64,000 bases of DNA from Mobula birostris (taxonomy: Eukaryota): assembly GCF_030028105.1 (NCBI RefSeq), contig NC_092401.1:8528984-8592983 (forward strand), in the 5' to 3' direction. The notes beneath the pieces are model-generated. The model saw only the letters and a program-made list of their open reading frames with translations. It searched no databases and had not been told where the DNA came from. Numbering within the stretch: the stretch's first letter is position 1; each line of letters starts with the position of its first letter. Both the position numbers and the translations under genes were made by a program. This document shows positions 62,899 to 64,000 of the stretch, piece after piece.

Positions 62899-64000
62899 CT
62901 GCAAACGATCAAAGTTGGAGAGTCATGGAAACAAACTGTAGTCTGAGCCAGAAACAAGACACAGCTGTACACGTGGGGACGGACGGACGGACACCCCCCC
63001 CCCCCCCACTTAAACACACACCAGGAAAATGGAGCCATTAAGAAGAACGAAAAGAAGCTTAATCAAAAGGAGTGAGGGATTTTAAGAGAGGGTGTTGTCA
63101 GACGGGGAACTAATATTAGTCACACACAGGGTTCGCAGGGCTTCATGGGTTGGGCACGCTGATGTGCTGAGACTGAGAGATGGGAAAGCTATCTGTGCCA
63201 ACACAGTGCAAGGTAAACACTCCAATCCAGTTGGACACGCAGCCATACGTTGTTATGAGAAGGGAAGCTGCTGGTCCTTGTGATAGTGAGAATGTGGGGC
63301 TGAATCTTATTCTTGAAGTCAAGCAGAGACAGTGGTTCCACTTGCATCAATGAAGAAGGTATACATTGGTGAGGGTTCAGGCTGAAGGCAAAGGCTTGCT
63401 TTTGAATATTTCAATGGAATAAGCTGGCTTGTCCAGGTATTGGACAAGCAGGTGGAGAGTTGGCTGTTGTCTGTGCACTTGTGATTTCTAACGCAATATC
63501 TAACGACAATATTTCCACAGTGCGAGCTGTGGAGAAATGGAGGGACGTGAAGCAGCTCCCTAACGAGATTCCACAGGACATCTTTCAGGGTTGCAACTCA
63601 ATGAGGGGATCAGGAACCGAATGAGATCCTGAAGGGGCACCGCTGGGCAGATGTAAAGAAATTTTTATGAGTGCCAGAGGCTCAAACAAAGGGATATGGT
63701 TACAAGATAAGACGTTGATAGTTGAAAAACGTAGGAACTTCTTGCAAGGGTGGTGAATCTCTGGAGTTCTCCATCTCAGGATTACAAAGGCTAGGTCAAT
63801 GGGAAATAGGCAGAGAAGAGTTAAGACCCGGAACCGAACACCTATGACTAAACTGAATGGTGGGATGGCTCGAGGGGCCGAGTGGCCTACTGCTGCTCGT
63901 ATTTTCTCACGTTCAGGCGAGAGCAGTACCACTGACGGGATAACGGGTTCATTCATCCCTCAGGACAGAGAGATGGCACGAAACGATAATGCTCAGCAGG

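Overview
This is eukaryotic, intron-containing vertebrate genomic DNA. The repeat landscape (CR1, Rex1/Babar, Penelope-like, tRNA SINEs, Tc1) suggests a cartilaginous fish such as a ray; that host call is inference. Five spliced genes can be built from GT-AG junctions with consistent phases. (1) A persephin-like GDNF-family ligand (+, 2 exons, 16000-17580). (2) ALKBH7 (-, 4 exons, 27392-18593), tail-to-tail with it. (3) WDR83OS/Asterix (-, 4 exons, 38945-31254). (4) WDR83/MORG1 (+, 9 exons, 39019-60771), head-to-head with WDR83OS, with only 73 bp between the start codons. (5) The last four exons of DHPS (-, 62898-61931), tail-to-tail with WDR83. The rest is mostly nested transposon debris, including a full-length degenerate L1 with TSD and a hAT/Charlie element with TIRs. 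The most notable non-genic signals are a Penelope-derived short-element family carrying a minimal hammerhead ribozyme motif, with young fold-back copies and 12-13 bp TSDs, and four distinct intronic minisatellites. Two of these arrays visibly arose inside a SINE and a LINE, and two start right after a 5' splice site. The long ORFs in the ORF track (1037, 800, 550, 493, 482 aa) are tandem-repeat artefacts. Gene and family names come from recalled sequence similarity, not database searches.
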